Assembly (NCBI GenBank): GCA_000934665.2
Contig: KZ538582.1
Coordinates: 1-60,573 of the forward strand
Source of the DNA: Catajapyx aquilonaris
Taxonomy: Eukaryota
Length of the DNA stretch: 60,573 bases
Reading direction: 5' to 3'
Each line of letters begins with the position of its first letter. Positions within the stretch are counted from its first letter, which is position 1. The position numbers and the translations under genes were made by a program. The notes below the pieces were generated by a model. It was not told the origin of the DNA. It was given only the letters and a program-made list of their open reading frames with translations, and did not search any database. Shown piece by piece: positions 1-11,460 of the stretch.

Positions 1-502
1 CACCCACAACTAGGCCAACAGATGACATTGACCATGATACGAGGGTGTGCCTGAAGCCATATGTATAGCCAACCCGCATCTGTCTCGAAGGGAGAAAAAT
101 GTCGCCATTTCCTCTCACAAGAGCGCCAACTGACAGGACATGTTGGGGCTTAACCTCTTAACATGTGACAAGGACACGTGCGCGTCTTCAGCTGCCATCG
201 AACCATGAAAATGTCATTGCCATCGAAAGTTTTTAAAAGAGCTAGCTAGAGAGATAGAAAAAAACTCTCTCTTTCGATGCATATCATTAAAAGAAAGCGG
301 CCCTAATAATTACCAATCGGGGTCAAACTGTGGGGTCGCCCTCTTCCCACACAAATAGTCTTCCCCATGTAACTTTCAATTGGCTCAAATGCAATTTGCA
401 ACTACAACAGGTCAATAACCCATTTTTAACATTACACCACGTGCTACCAACCGGAAGTGTACTCTTAAACTTCCTCGGCTAATTTAGCTCCTTTAAAAAA
501 AA

Positions 503-536
503 NNNNNNNNNNNNNNNNNNNNNNNNNNNNNNNNNN
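503..536. other. Assembly gap (N run)
   Basis: 34 Ns; single Ns also occur inside G/C homopolymers near 8684, 13687, 28394, 30301 and 59297. Confidence 0.95.
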
Positions 537-2968
537 GGGGGGGTTAAAAAAAAACTTAAAATGGATGCTCCGGTACCTCCAAACAGACGTGAACTACGCA
601 CTTTTATTGCGTGGAATCCACACTCTAAAGACGGATGTGGCCATTTTTGGAAAGCCAATCCCATAACCAAGCCCATCCGAAATTTAGCCAAACTTTTTTT
701 TCCCCTTCTGATACACACGGTACTGGGTAGGTAGTACCCTTGAAAAATACACCTGGTTGTAATCCTACCCATGCTATCCACCCCTTGAGGAAACACGAGC
801 TTGGAAATGTGAGATTCCGGAAATGGGCTGGGTCAAACTCCCCCCCTCCCATCTTTGAAGATGACCATCTGAAGTGAAAGGCATTTTAGCCACCCCCTGT
901 ATGGAATCCTCTTTCTTCATACATACTTGTAAGACTCGTGCCAGCAAATTCGCCCCTGACTCACTATTTTCTATTCCTGGCCAAACCGTTGATGGAAACG
1001 TCTCTTGCTAATGTTTCGTTTATAAAAGTTTTTCCCCCCTTTTATACGTTATACCCTTTTTGCCCCAAGGGGACTATTTAGTTGGGACCCAAAAACCTGT
1101 TGTTGCCAGATTCTAATTACTATGTTTTTGGGGGAAATGTACCGGCAACACTGGATCGTTTTCTATAGAATTTAAAGCGTGAAGAAGCGGTACTATTGGA
1201 GCCCAAAAATATTGCCGGGCCAATAAATGCACTTTGGGTATTTTACCCGACTTTTGACCGTTACCGATCTTGATCTTTCACAAGCCCAGTCATGGTGCAT
1301 ATGGTCTGCAAAGTGAGGGTTCAATAGACTAAATTGGTACCAGCTAGGCCCTAGGATTTTCCGTTGCCAACAATAACAAAGAGGCGCATGAGGCTAATCA
1401 GCATGGAAAATGAGCCGACTACAACATGTGGGACCAATTTGGGTAATGCGACTGAAGGCGAGTTGAACCACTGACTAATTGTGTTGGTGTCATCTAGGTA
1501 TGGCTTTTAGGTGACTGCGCCAGTGGCCATGCCCGATGATTTTAATTGCTGGGCGATTATACGACAGCCGGACTACACTTTGTGCAGTCCGAATAATGAA
1601 GTCTGCAAATTCTGCAAATATGGCTCATTTTTCAGCCATTTTACAAATTTTCGAGCATGGAATGCAATTTTTTTAATGGCTTACATAGGGCGAATGTGCA
1701 GTCCGAACAAATCCTTATATTAGGTCCTCAATGTGCGCCGCAGGCCAACGAACGTTATTGTGGCTTTGCTACTTTGAAACGTTTTTTTTTATTATTTACA
1801 TAAAATGGCGGGGGTCGCAGACACTTTTAATCAGTTGGTCTAGTGGGCTTTCAACACTGGCTCCTTCCCATGCGCAGAGGTCAGCATGATTGGACATTCA
1901 TCTGACCTTTTCCCATCCAAGTCATCCATGAGTCTAAATGGATAAAAAATTACACGTGCAGCTTCCAAGAATGGAGCTATGTATCTCCTCATAAGACAAT
2001 GGGCGTCTTTGGACAGTCCCCCCAAGAAAACGGGCCGCGACAGATGTCCGGATGTCACCCATCCCTAAAAAAAATTGTTACGGTACAACCTCCGAAAAAA
2101 TTAAGCCCACACTTCTTTGGCTCCCGAGGTTTATTACGCGGCACAATGTGGGTCAGTATGAGTCATCGGAACAGGAAATAAAACTACGCATTAAGGAATT
2201 AAGGCAGGTTGTTTGCTCCTTGTCTAACATCAATTTTCAAGGGCGTGATGATACAAGAGGGCACCCCATTTGCTGAATCAGTCGCCTTAATTTCGTGTTG
2301 AAAAAAAAAAGGGGGAGGGCGCGATATAACAACCTCTTAAGAGATTAGTGTTGAAGATATACATATACATGCTACAAGGCTTGGAAGAGGGCCAAACAGG
2401 TACAGAAAAAGTGCTATAAATTGATAAAAATGTCCGATACTTCATGGGTTTAAGTGTGTAACCTGTCAAAATAGTAGTAAGCCAGTTTGTCAAAAAATAA
2501 TATAAAGGGTGTAAAAATAGGCACTGTTTACAACCTTTTAATAAGATTTTTTAAAAAGCGCAATATAGTTCGCGCAGATTGTTTCCAACACTACGCTTTA
2601 GGGGGTAACAACATGGCCGACTTTTGCGACGCTGCCAAGGCTTTTGGCGAACATTAGATGCTACCTGCGGCAACATTGTTGTAAGAACAATGGACATGCG
2701 CGAATGTGGATGCGGACGCTGTTAAAAATATTTATATATGGCAGCCTGTTGGACTTATGGAAACAAAACCTGGACAAACAATCAATGGAGTGTACACAAA
2801 TGACACTCGCAATTAAAATTATCCTGAAAATCGACGTACCGTGCATAGCAGGGCCACAACACAGTACTGGTGCGGTCACCCAAATGCCATACAGATGACA
2901 CCTCCACCCCTTTCCTCTGGCTTCTACCATTTTTAATTGCCAATTAAAAGTTTGTTGATTTGACATAC

Positions 2969-4087
2969 CTCTTCGTCCCAACGTAGCCCTCCTCCTTTGC
3001 AACCAGCTTGAGTCCTTCTTCCTCCAGTCCTGCTTCATGTTAGCATTGATGTCCAGCAGCCTTGATCCCTTCAGGAGGAACCCTCTTGGCTGCAACACCC
3101 CTTGGTGGTGATGGTGGACCCTCCTGGCTGGGGTGCCTCCGATCGAGTGTCTCCGACCGTGCTGTAAGTTGTAATATCGCTCATCAAGACTCGGAGGCGG
3201 AGGAGTCGGTGGTACAGGCAGCTGAGTGGTCGCTCCATCAGTGTCTTCATCAGCCTTGGAGGCCAATCCCACGTTGTAATACACCCCTTCCTCCATAGTC
3301 TTCTTCCCCGTGGTGTTGACCTCCTTGATGGCCACCTCCTGGCTCAAACTCCGGAGCAAAGGTCGTCTGAACCACTGGCGAAAACCGCCGCTCCCCGTTT
3401 CGCTCCGGGGCACTTCCGCTCCTTCCAGGTCGAAGTACGAAGGGTTGTCTGGTTGAAAAGGTTCAATTTGACTTGCAATTACCTCATTATTCCGGGAGAC
3501 GGTGAATTAATTAGAAGGACAAAAGGACAGTTTTGCTTCATTGGGTATGCACGGATGCGGTTTGGTAGGCACGTTTCTTATTTTAAAATGAATAAAAAAA
3601 TTAATGCCACTTCCAAGAGTAAGGTAGCAGACCTGAAGATCAACATAGCCTCCGTATGACCTACCTACGTATGACCACCTTCACATGAACAATTGAAGGT
3701 GGTCATACGCGGAGGCGCTCTCTCAGAGGCTATGTTGATCTTCAGGTCTGCTACCTTACTCCTGATGGAAGCGACAAAAGTTGTCAAAAAAGCTCAAGAA
3801 GCTCAAAATAGCCTCCAAGAGTGTCTCCGTATGACCAGCCTTCACTTATGATCATGGCCATGGTCATACGGAGGCGGAGGCTATGTTGAGCTTCAGGTCT
3901 GCTACCTTACTCCTGGAAATGCGATCCATATGTTACCGGCATCCCACACATGGACACACTTCCTGCTCATTTTGATTGAACTGCCGCATTTTACTTATAA
4001 AGCAACTAACATATGTGTGTTCACACGAGCGTCGTTTGGTTTCTATCAATCAACAAGCTCAACTCTCAAGTGACCCTTACCCTGCAT
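2969..4087 (-). CDS. 5' coding exons of an unidentified gene (disordered, signalling-adaptor-like N-terminus); downstream exons not resolved
   Basis: Exon A 4087-4081: caacATGCAGG|gtaagg. Exon B 3448-2969: ttttcaaccag| acceptor, |gtatgt donor, 480 nt, phase 1-1, stop-free, GC-richer than flanks. Joined: MQDNPSYFDLEGAEVPRSETGSGGFRQWFRRPLLRSLSQE...GVYYNV...PVPPTPPPP...RYYNLQHGRRHSIGG...RRRATLGRR. No family recognised. Confidence 0.65.
3609..3771. mobile_element. Foldback MITE, family A copy 1
   Basis: Long inverted arms: gagtaaggtagcagacctgaagatcaacatagcctc ... gaggctatgttgatcttcaggtctgctaccttactc, plus inner cgtatgaccaccttca/tgaaggtggtcatacg. Homologous to 3798-3918 and 32689-32886. Confidence 0.85.
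3798..3918. mobile_element. Foldback MITE, family A copy 2 (left end truncated)
   Basis: gaagctcaaaatagcctccaaga...ctccgtatgacca ... tggtcatacggagg...ggaggctatgttgagcttcaggtctgctaccttactcctggaa; same arms as copies 1 and 3. Confidence 0.8.
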
Positions 4088-4871
4088 GTTGTCAGATCTG
4101 GATGGCCCCCTGTCAACAACACTACTACCGCCGCATGTAAACACAGGAGCTGCCGATGAAAACGAACCTCCTCACACGGCCTTTCCCCCAAAACTGGCTG
4201 TCTGCCGCGCTTTTGTATGGTTCGAAAAAATAAGGAGTGGCCAGGCTGATCACATGGTACACATGGATAGTGGCCTTCGTGGCCTTCGTAACATGGCTTA
4301 AACAAACCGCCATCTAGCTTGGGTAACACAAACTTGGAGTTTGGGTAGAGACCAATAGAGAGCGACAACGTACAGGAGACAACCTGTACCATCTAGGAGC
4401 AAAATAGAATTTGTTTGTTTGTTTGTCCAGGTTTTAACATCGCAGCTTGGTGTTACCATAGTGACTTTTATTTGCCTCAAAAGTTAACATGTTATATATT
4501 ATGGGAAGTGTCCCGTCTCCAAGTCAGAACATCATTACGTGGTTATAATGCCTGTAGGTGACTCTCTGAAAACAAGAAAAGGCGTCCGTGACATTGATTC
4601 AGAAGAAAGAAGTGTAGCGAGTGTTTTATTTATAGACGAAAGTCAGGGAATTAGGACTTGGAAGAGTTGTTGGATTCCGCTTTGGCATAGACTTCCAAAG
4701 AAACATGTGTAGGGCATGTTTTGTAATGTCAAAGACTTCCGGGATGTCCTCGTCCCAATGCGCCATGGTCACTGTCACATTGACACTAAATATACGGTGT
4801 TTATTGCTAAAGTCAATAAGTTTGTACAATTGATGTTATTCTCGTTTTACTATTGTTGTATTGCTTTTAGA

Positions 4872-5070
4872 CTTTTTCTCATCGAAAAAAAAGCCTTGTT
4901 ATAGGACGGCTATGTCCGTCTGTCTGTGGACAGGTATCAGGGCCTAAACGGCATGAGATAGCGATGAACGACGGTTTTCGGATTCGAATTCAGCATGACC
5001 AGTATATATTCCTGGTTTACTGTTCTATCCGCCAAAGTCAATAATTTTACACAGTTCAGAAATTATTTCA
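4872..5070 (+). mobile_element. Helentron/DINE-1-like (HINE) non-autonomous fragment
   Basis: T-run start followed by the atgtccgtctgtctgt microsatellite core typical of DINE-1/HINE elements; boundaries approximate. Confidence 0.45.
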
Positions 5071-5127
5071 TTGCGTTTCTTGCCAACGGGGGAATGAGAC
5101 TGACAACATTCTATGTCATTGTTGTCC

Positions 5128-5205
5128 AATTGAATCACTGAATTGTTAGATTTGTGACCTACGGCAGTGTGGACTTGGGACCATTTCGTTTTCAGTGATT
5201 CAATT
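5128..5205. repeat. Inverted repeat (degenerate MITE core)
   Basis: Perfect 15-bp arms aattgaatcactgaa / ttcagtgattcaatt. Confidence 0.6.
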
Positions 5206-7149
5206 AGAATCGCATCGTGTCATGCATGTCACAAAATTAAATATTAAAAATTAATTAATTTACCATTTAAACGAACTTGTCAGCCTCATTTACCGGTTGC
5301 CTAATGAGAAAAATTTGACTGGAATCACTCTCGCGTGATTTGCCAATCCTGTTTACAACAATCGATCAGTAGCTATGCAGTTTTAAAAATAATATATATT
5401 TTTTCAATACATTTTTGAAGGATATGTATAGATACGGCAATATTTGTACATCAGATAAGACTGGATTCTAGCCAAACTAGAAGTTTATATTTACCTAACA
5501 GTAAGTGCAAACCTGGTCACTGATAGTTCAGACCAGCATCCACTCAATATTGGTTTGGCACGGCTGCGCATGCTGCACAAAAATAGCCAGAGTTTATATG
5601 TGATATCGACATCATCACCCGAGCTTGTAGTGGGTATGACATAATTATGACCTTACGTGACATTAGGTGAAAGTCAGCTGGCTTTGGCTTATTCCTCGCG
5701 TCCAAAATTAGCCAAGTGATTGTACTATCCATGAAACGCACAGTCCATCAGAAGTGTCCATAGTTGGTGGTAGCTGCTGTCCACCTGTCCGCCCCCATCG
5801 TGACCGCACAAGAGAAGTCAGTGACTGCCATCAAAGTAGCAGCCAAACTTCTCCTGGGTGACATCGAGTACAAACAATCCGGGTCAGCAAATGTGACCGG
5901 ATTTGGCCATCCCTGGGTCTGTGCTTTGCTGCTGAATCTTCCTGAACTTCATTGGTACTGGAGAGCAATCATGGCAACATATGTGGGCGGACAGGTGGTG
6001 AAGCACCACGTGATTAAACACACCCCTGCAATCCGTGATTTCGTGACATCTTTGGAATACGAGGTGGTGGAATCTCCTGGACGACTGAGCCTAAATGTCA
6101 CTCAATCGTGATGGACGTTTGGAACCCTGGTGAGGAAATTTATACATTAGGTTGTAAAATTTTATTTTATGAATATCACTTGCATGCATTAATGCGCACT
6201 TGGGGCGTTCACAATTTTTTAAAAGAGATTGTGATATGAAAATTGACATCAGTTTCTTAATTTCAGTTCAGACTCTTCATACCTGTTCATACGACATCTT
6301 GGATTGAAGCACTGCTTATTGTTGGTGTGTGTCGCTGAAAATTAACCAAGCGAATACTAAATACACTGGACCTCAATAATAATTTTAAAAATGTTTAACT
6401 TGTCTTCATTGTTCATTCATTCCCTTCTAGTTGCATTCGGCGCCTTTTTGTGAGGTTCTCATAGATGGCGGGGCTATGCTCGTATTTCTACGCTTCACGT
6501 AATAGGCTACTAAGGGCGGGTCTTTAAATTTACATGTAACGTATGCTTTCTCAAATAGCTAAACACTATGCTGTGGATTATGCCAAATTGGAATTTCATC
6601 CGCCTTCTCAAACAGATTAACTCCCATGTTCCAAGCTTGCAGTTTTCTTTGTAATTATTGGCAACAATATTATTTATTTTCTTCTCACTCATTCTCTTCC
6701 ATCTGCTGCTGGAGACTATACGAAATCTTGCCATTTGCATGCACCATTCATGAAAACAGGGCGTGTAAGTGTGAATACGTGCCAAGAATGAAGTCAACGC
6801 CCTATATATCCGGCCTATAAATAATTCATAGGCATCATCAGCAACTAATATTTAGCAATACTTATGTGCATCCAACACATTTCCTTTCAACGCCACATCT
6901 TCATTAATCCGCAACCTTTTTTTTCCATCTTCACCATTCCTTCCTTGAAAGTTCAAGCATGAATGGAATGTCGATTTTGATCTGGATAAACATCTTTGGA
7001 GCTACTTGGCCCGCAAAAAAAATTTTAAAGCTGAAAAAACTGCATGTTACGCCATACATGTGTCTGGATTTATATGAAAAAAAGTGAATCCAGGAAGGGA
7101 CGGTGGACTACTTTGGAAACGGTCCAGCAAGCATCTTAAAAATGTGTCC

Positions 7150-7660
7150 ATACACACACACGTATACACACGCATACGATTCACGTCAGCTGAAGTAACA
7201 CATACCAGTGGAAGGTCGCATGGAATGCAGCTCGAGAGGAAAAAGCTTCGAGGGTGAATTTGTCTGGAGGAGGTTTGGTCACCGTTATCTTGGCCGCACC
7301 CTGTTTCTCCTCCAAAAGACACTCAAAGAATCAAGAGAGAGAGAGAGAGAGAGAAAAAAAGGTGACGTCACCAAACCAAGCAACTATGTCATAAATTTGT
7401 GAGCCGAATTTATTAGAGCGGTTATTAAATTTTTTGGGGCTGTTAATTGAAAAGGTAGTAAGCGAAGTACAACTGAAGATTTGTGTGGTCGTGTGTTTGG
7501 CGAGATTTCAAATGGCGATAAGAGCGTGTAAACTAATTCGCTAAAGAGTATGAGTTATTTTTTGTCGTAATATTTTCCAGAATATTAATTCATTAACGGC
7601 ACATGCGAGCCATTCCAAATACCGGTTTTGGCAAGGAGAAAACCAGTTGGTGTTTATTGT
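7150..7660 (+). promoter_or_regulatory. Candidate uif promoter / non-coding first exon region
   Basis: The uif ATG exon begins at a splice acceptor (16636/16637), so a 5' UTR exon must lie upstream. This region has (CA)n and (GA)n tracts (about 7334-7354), a donor-like gtaagc near 7458 and two Grainy head-type sites (ACCGGTTT 7621-7628, AACCAGTT 7641-7648). Placement is inference. Confidence 0.3.
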
Positions 7661-7770
7661 AAATCATTAGCATTTTGTAGTGGACAAAATATTATCATAT
7701 GGAAACAATAAAGTTGAGCTAACTGTAATCGCTCATCATCAGTCTTTGGAATATCATGAATACTACAGGT

Positions 7771-7839
7771 AGTACAGAGTGACTCTAAAATCTGAGCACC
7801 ACATAGATATGTGTCCAGACTGTAGAGTCATCCTGTACT
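7771..7839. repeat. Imperfect hairpin / mini foldback element
   Basis: agtacagagtgactctaaaatctgagcac pairs with gtgtccagactgtagagtcatcctgtact. Confidence 0.6.
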
Positions 7840-10204
7840 GTATGGTATAACAATGAGGCAATGCAATGATATTATTTTGTCGTCATGTCACTTATCAAGG
7901 ATTCACATTCCCCCTAATTAAAAAATACAGCATCTGTTTTGAAGGAAACAATTATACCTTGTTTTGGAGCAGTCTCGTTAAGTTAGTGATTACGTTCATC
8001 AAAATAATTGGGCTGCAGTTACACCTATGCGCTTTACTGCACCATAATTAGTTACACCGCCTGAAAAGTGCGCAGTAAAATAATTCAGCTACTCGGTAAT
8101 TAAATGTCCCATTCATTCCGCGAATTTGCTTGTAATTATTTTTATATAAAAAAAATTATTTTTAATTTTACGATCAGATCGTTCAAATGCAACGTGAAGA
8201 GCAGGATTCTCTTCCTTCCCGATAACGTGTGACCTCCAAACAAGATGTCAGGCTTCCACCCCAAATTGGTCAAAAAATTTGGGGTCAAACAGCGCCCAGT
8301 ACAGAGAAAGTGCACGAATCTCCAGACCTGACGCCCCTTCCATCAAACCAAACACATTCGTTTTATTCCGTTATAATACACTCACTCAAGTCGAGCGGAA
8401 TTTGGATCACAATGTTTGGGACACGGAGCCAATTCTAGGTCAAAGTCTCATCGTGTACACGTCCATCAGGTACTTGGAAAAAGAAAATATTCTGATGAAG
8501 TAACAGCGCACGGATTTCCGACCTGGCAAAAAGGTGTGTTGCCCTACCTTATGTGGTACGTATACACGATGACTCAACCGGAAAGTGCGATCCCGTCACA
8601 TTCGGCCGACAGACAGCATCAGCCCTCTTAAGTCAGTGACACCATACACGACTTGATGTTGACCTGCAAAAATTAAAGGGGGGNGGGGCAAGCAGATTTT
8701 TGAGGCGTGAAGACGCGACCCCCACGCAGCAGTACAGAAGGAGCTAGGTCACGGCGCATTCTTGGAGAGACCTGCAATGTAATTTTGGCCTCGTTAGCCC
8801 ATTTCATAGACCGTGTCTTTTTGATAGAACATGACAGCATAATATTTAAGAAAAGTCTCTTACTTGGTGCTGATGGTAAATTCAAGGTGGGAAATGCACT
8901 GCTGCCCACAGGTCAGGAGAGTAGTTTAATATTTATTATAATAAAATCAAAATTGAAATGTAATAACAGTAAGCAAATAACAATGAAAACAAAATCAACT
9001 GTATTAACAATACATAACAATTTTTGCAGTTCCAGAAATTCGTCTATTGGCAGGACATCGCTTCAGAAATAACTTCAAAGAAAATTATATGTTTGCTGGA
9101 GTGAACAATACGTGAACTTGAGTAGTGCACCAGCTCGTAGTATACCTATGAAGGATGAGGATTTAATTGGGGTGGAAGACAGACCACTTTCAACTGTCTG
9201 TTGTTTGAATGAAAACAGCGAAGGAGGAGCCATTAGAGAGCGACCTATTCAACCGCCTCCCGATTGGAGATGATTATGATTATTAAGGACCCGCTTGGAT
9301 TTTTGTTGTTGCCAGAGTGCTGGAGCGGTTTTCTGCCACGAGGATTTTCCACTCGGGACATCAGCACGAACCTAAAAGACTACTTTTTAGGGGCCACACG
9401 TCACGAGTAAGCAGAGAGAAAAATGTTGGTTTGCAGTTTTTCGCACTTAATCGACAACGCATGCATGCATGTTTCCTCAAAACTTCCAAATTCCTTCCTG
9501 TAGATGTAAACTGGGCCTGTACTGTTAGACCACGATGTCCATATATTGTTGCAAATGGATGCCAAAATCTCCACCTCATGAGCTACGTGATGGGTCTTAA
9601 ATAAAAATTTTAACAAAGAATACAAATATGTTGATGGGGTTTACATAAATAAATGATTAACCAAACAAACAAATAATGCAAAAAAAAGTAGTGACACACT
9701 GTACTACGTGCATATTCCGCTTTCAATAGAGTATACTGACGTCATGATCCCTTAAATAATAGCGACAAGTTGACAGTTATTGTGTTACATTGTGTCATCG
9801 GCACTACAATAAGGCTTAATGTGTTACGTACTATACTGTACGTATACTCTACATTATGTCCTTAGAGCAGAATGTCCCGTATCTCTGCATTACTTCCTGT
9901 TCAGTCAGTAAACAGAATTTCCCATAATATTTTTGGCACAATCTGTGATGTCGTCATGATACTTCCAATATAATAATAGGTGTAAGGTAATTCGTAGTTG
10001 TCAGCTTAATTGCTATTAATTTTCTAATTATAGGCCAACCTATTCGATCGCTTCTATATTTACCCACAACCTGTACATGTGATGAAGCAGCCCACACAAA
10101 CATGATTTTAATCAGGAAATTGACCTTTTTTTAACAATTAAGTGATGGCCATTGCTCCACTGGGCATTGTTGTCCACCATTACATTTAAATCGTTCCTTA
10201 CTTG

Positions 10205-10412
10205 CTGATAACATTGCTTTTGAATTGCGATAAAATTGATTGAAATATGATACTAGCGATTGTGTGAAATGTAGTGATAAGATTTATTGAAATATGATAC
10301 TATACTGATTGAAATGTGATAACATTTATTGAAATATGATAACATTGATTGAAATCTGGTAACACAGCTTGACATTTTAATATATAGTGGTAATACTGCT
10401 TGAAATGTGATT
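10205..10412. repeat. Degenerate minisatellite, about 20-bp unit
   Basis: Repeated variants of gataacattgattgaaatat, e.g. gataacatttattgaaatat gataacattgattgaaatct. Confidence 0.8.
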
Positions 10413-10720
10413 GCAACTGTTACAACTTAGGGCTGAGAGAACCGAGGATTTGTGCTTATATTTTAAATGGTTAAAAATTGTAATAACAATGAAAAACCAC
10501 AGCTATTATTGGCACATCGACTATTACTCATCTTGCATGTGTCATTGAAGATCTCATTACAGAAGTCGCGAGTCATGGCACAAATCAGGTCGATTGTCCC
10601 ACTGACACATAGGATCTGAAGCAATCGTGACGAAAGCAACATAAAAATCGGTTCCTCATTGAAGCCGAGAGCTTGTAAATCACTCTCAGTCTAAGCAGGC
10701 GGGTTTGTCCTTCACCGCAC

Positions 10721-11460
10721 TTTTTTTTCTTCTTCTAATTTCTTTTTTTTTCTTCTTCTTCTTCCAGAGCCGTTCCTAAGAGGGACCGGTTTGAGTAGGC
10801 CTGGCATGACTTTCCAGGTGAGATCCACTGGGTTTATGGCGCCCAGGTTAAGGAGAAGGAGGCTTCTTACCATTGGTCGACTCCAATCCCCCCGGACTTG
10901 GCTCCCTTAGTTCGAAGCGCCACCTGAGAAACCGCCACGAAGGTTGCTTTTACCTAGGATATCTGTAGGCCAACAGAACCTTAAAGGATATTTCTTAGGA
11001 CAGGTGCGCCAGGTGGAAAGGAAGAGAAAGAACAAAAATCCCTCAAGAGGGGGAAGTTGCTCACCTGCTGGGGCTTCAGTCGGGCTTTTGACCAGTGAGG
11101 AAGGAGGTTCTCTCGGTTCATGGTGGTGTGACCGATATATAGTTTTTGTTGGACTCGCGATTTTTTTTATATTAAAAAAGTGCCATTCTTCATGTCATCC
11201 TGAAAGGATTTGATCAGGTAAGATGTGGATATGTGGTGAACATTTTTTTTTTGGAGGGGTACACCGGTACAGGATGTTTTATGTGAGGGGAAAGATCCGG
11301 GCTGATTCGATCGTTCAAGTCTCTCAGGTTGTCAGTTTTGTGGTCTTCTTGGGTAGCCTCGAGGCAAGTGAGGGGACTGGTCATTCCCCTTCAGCCGGAG
11401 CTAGACGCGGTGCCTCCACCTACTACACAGGGAAACCAACGTTTCAGGAATTTAGCCCAT
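10721..11460 (-). mobile_element. Possible decayed 3' end of a non-LTR retroelement
   Basis: GC-richer block ending on - in a (GAA)n/poly-A tail (ttttttttcttcttcttcttcc on +); no intact RT ORF. Confidence 0.3.

Noticed and set aside
479..2493. Short ORFs near the assembly gap as downstream exons of the unidentified gene
   Set aside because: No convincing phase-1 exon with recognisable protein; homopolymer-rich sequence next to the gap may be low quality.
8673..9625. THAP-domain or P-element remnant suggested by the minus-strand peptide SAFPTLNLP
   Set aside because: Only the AVPT-like tail resembles THAP; no C2CH core in a compatible frame.
10205..10412. Repeat array as a CRISPR
   Set aside because: Units are abutting and degenerate with no unique spacers and no cas genes.
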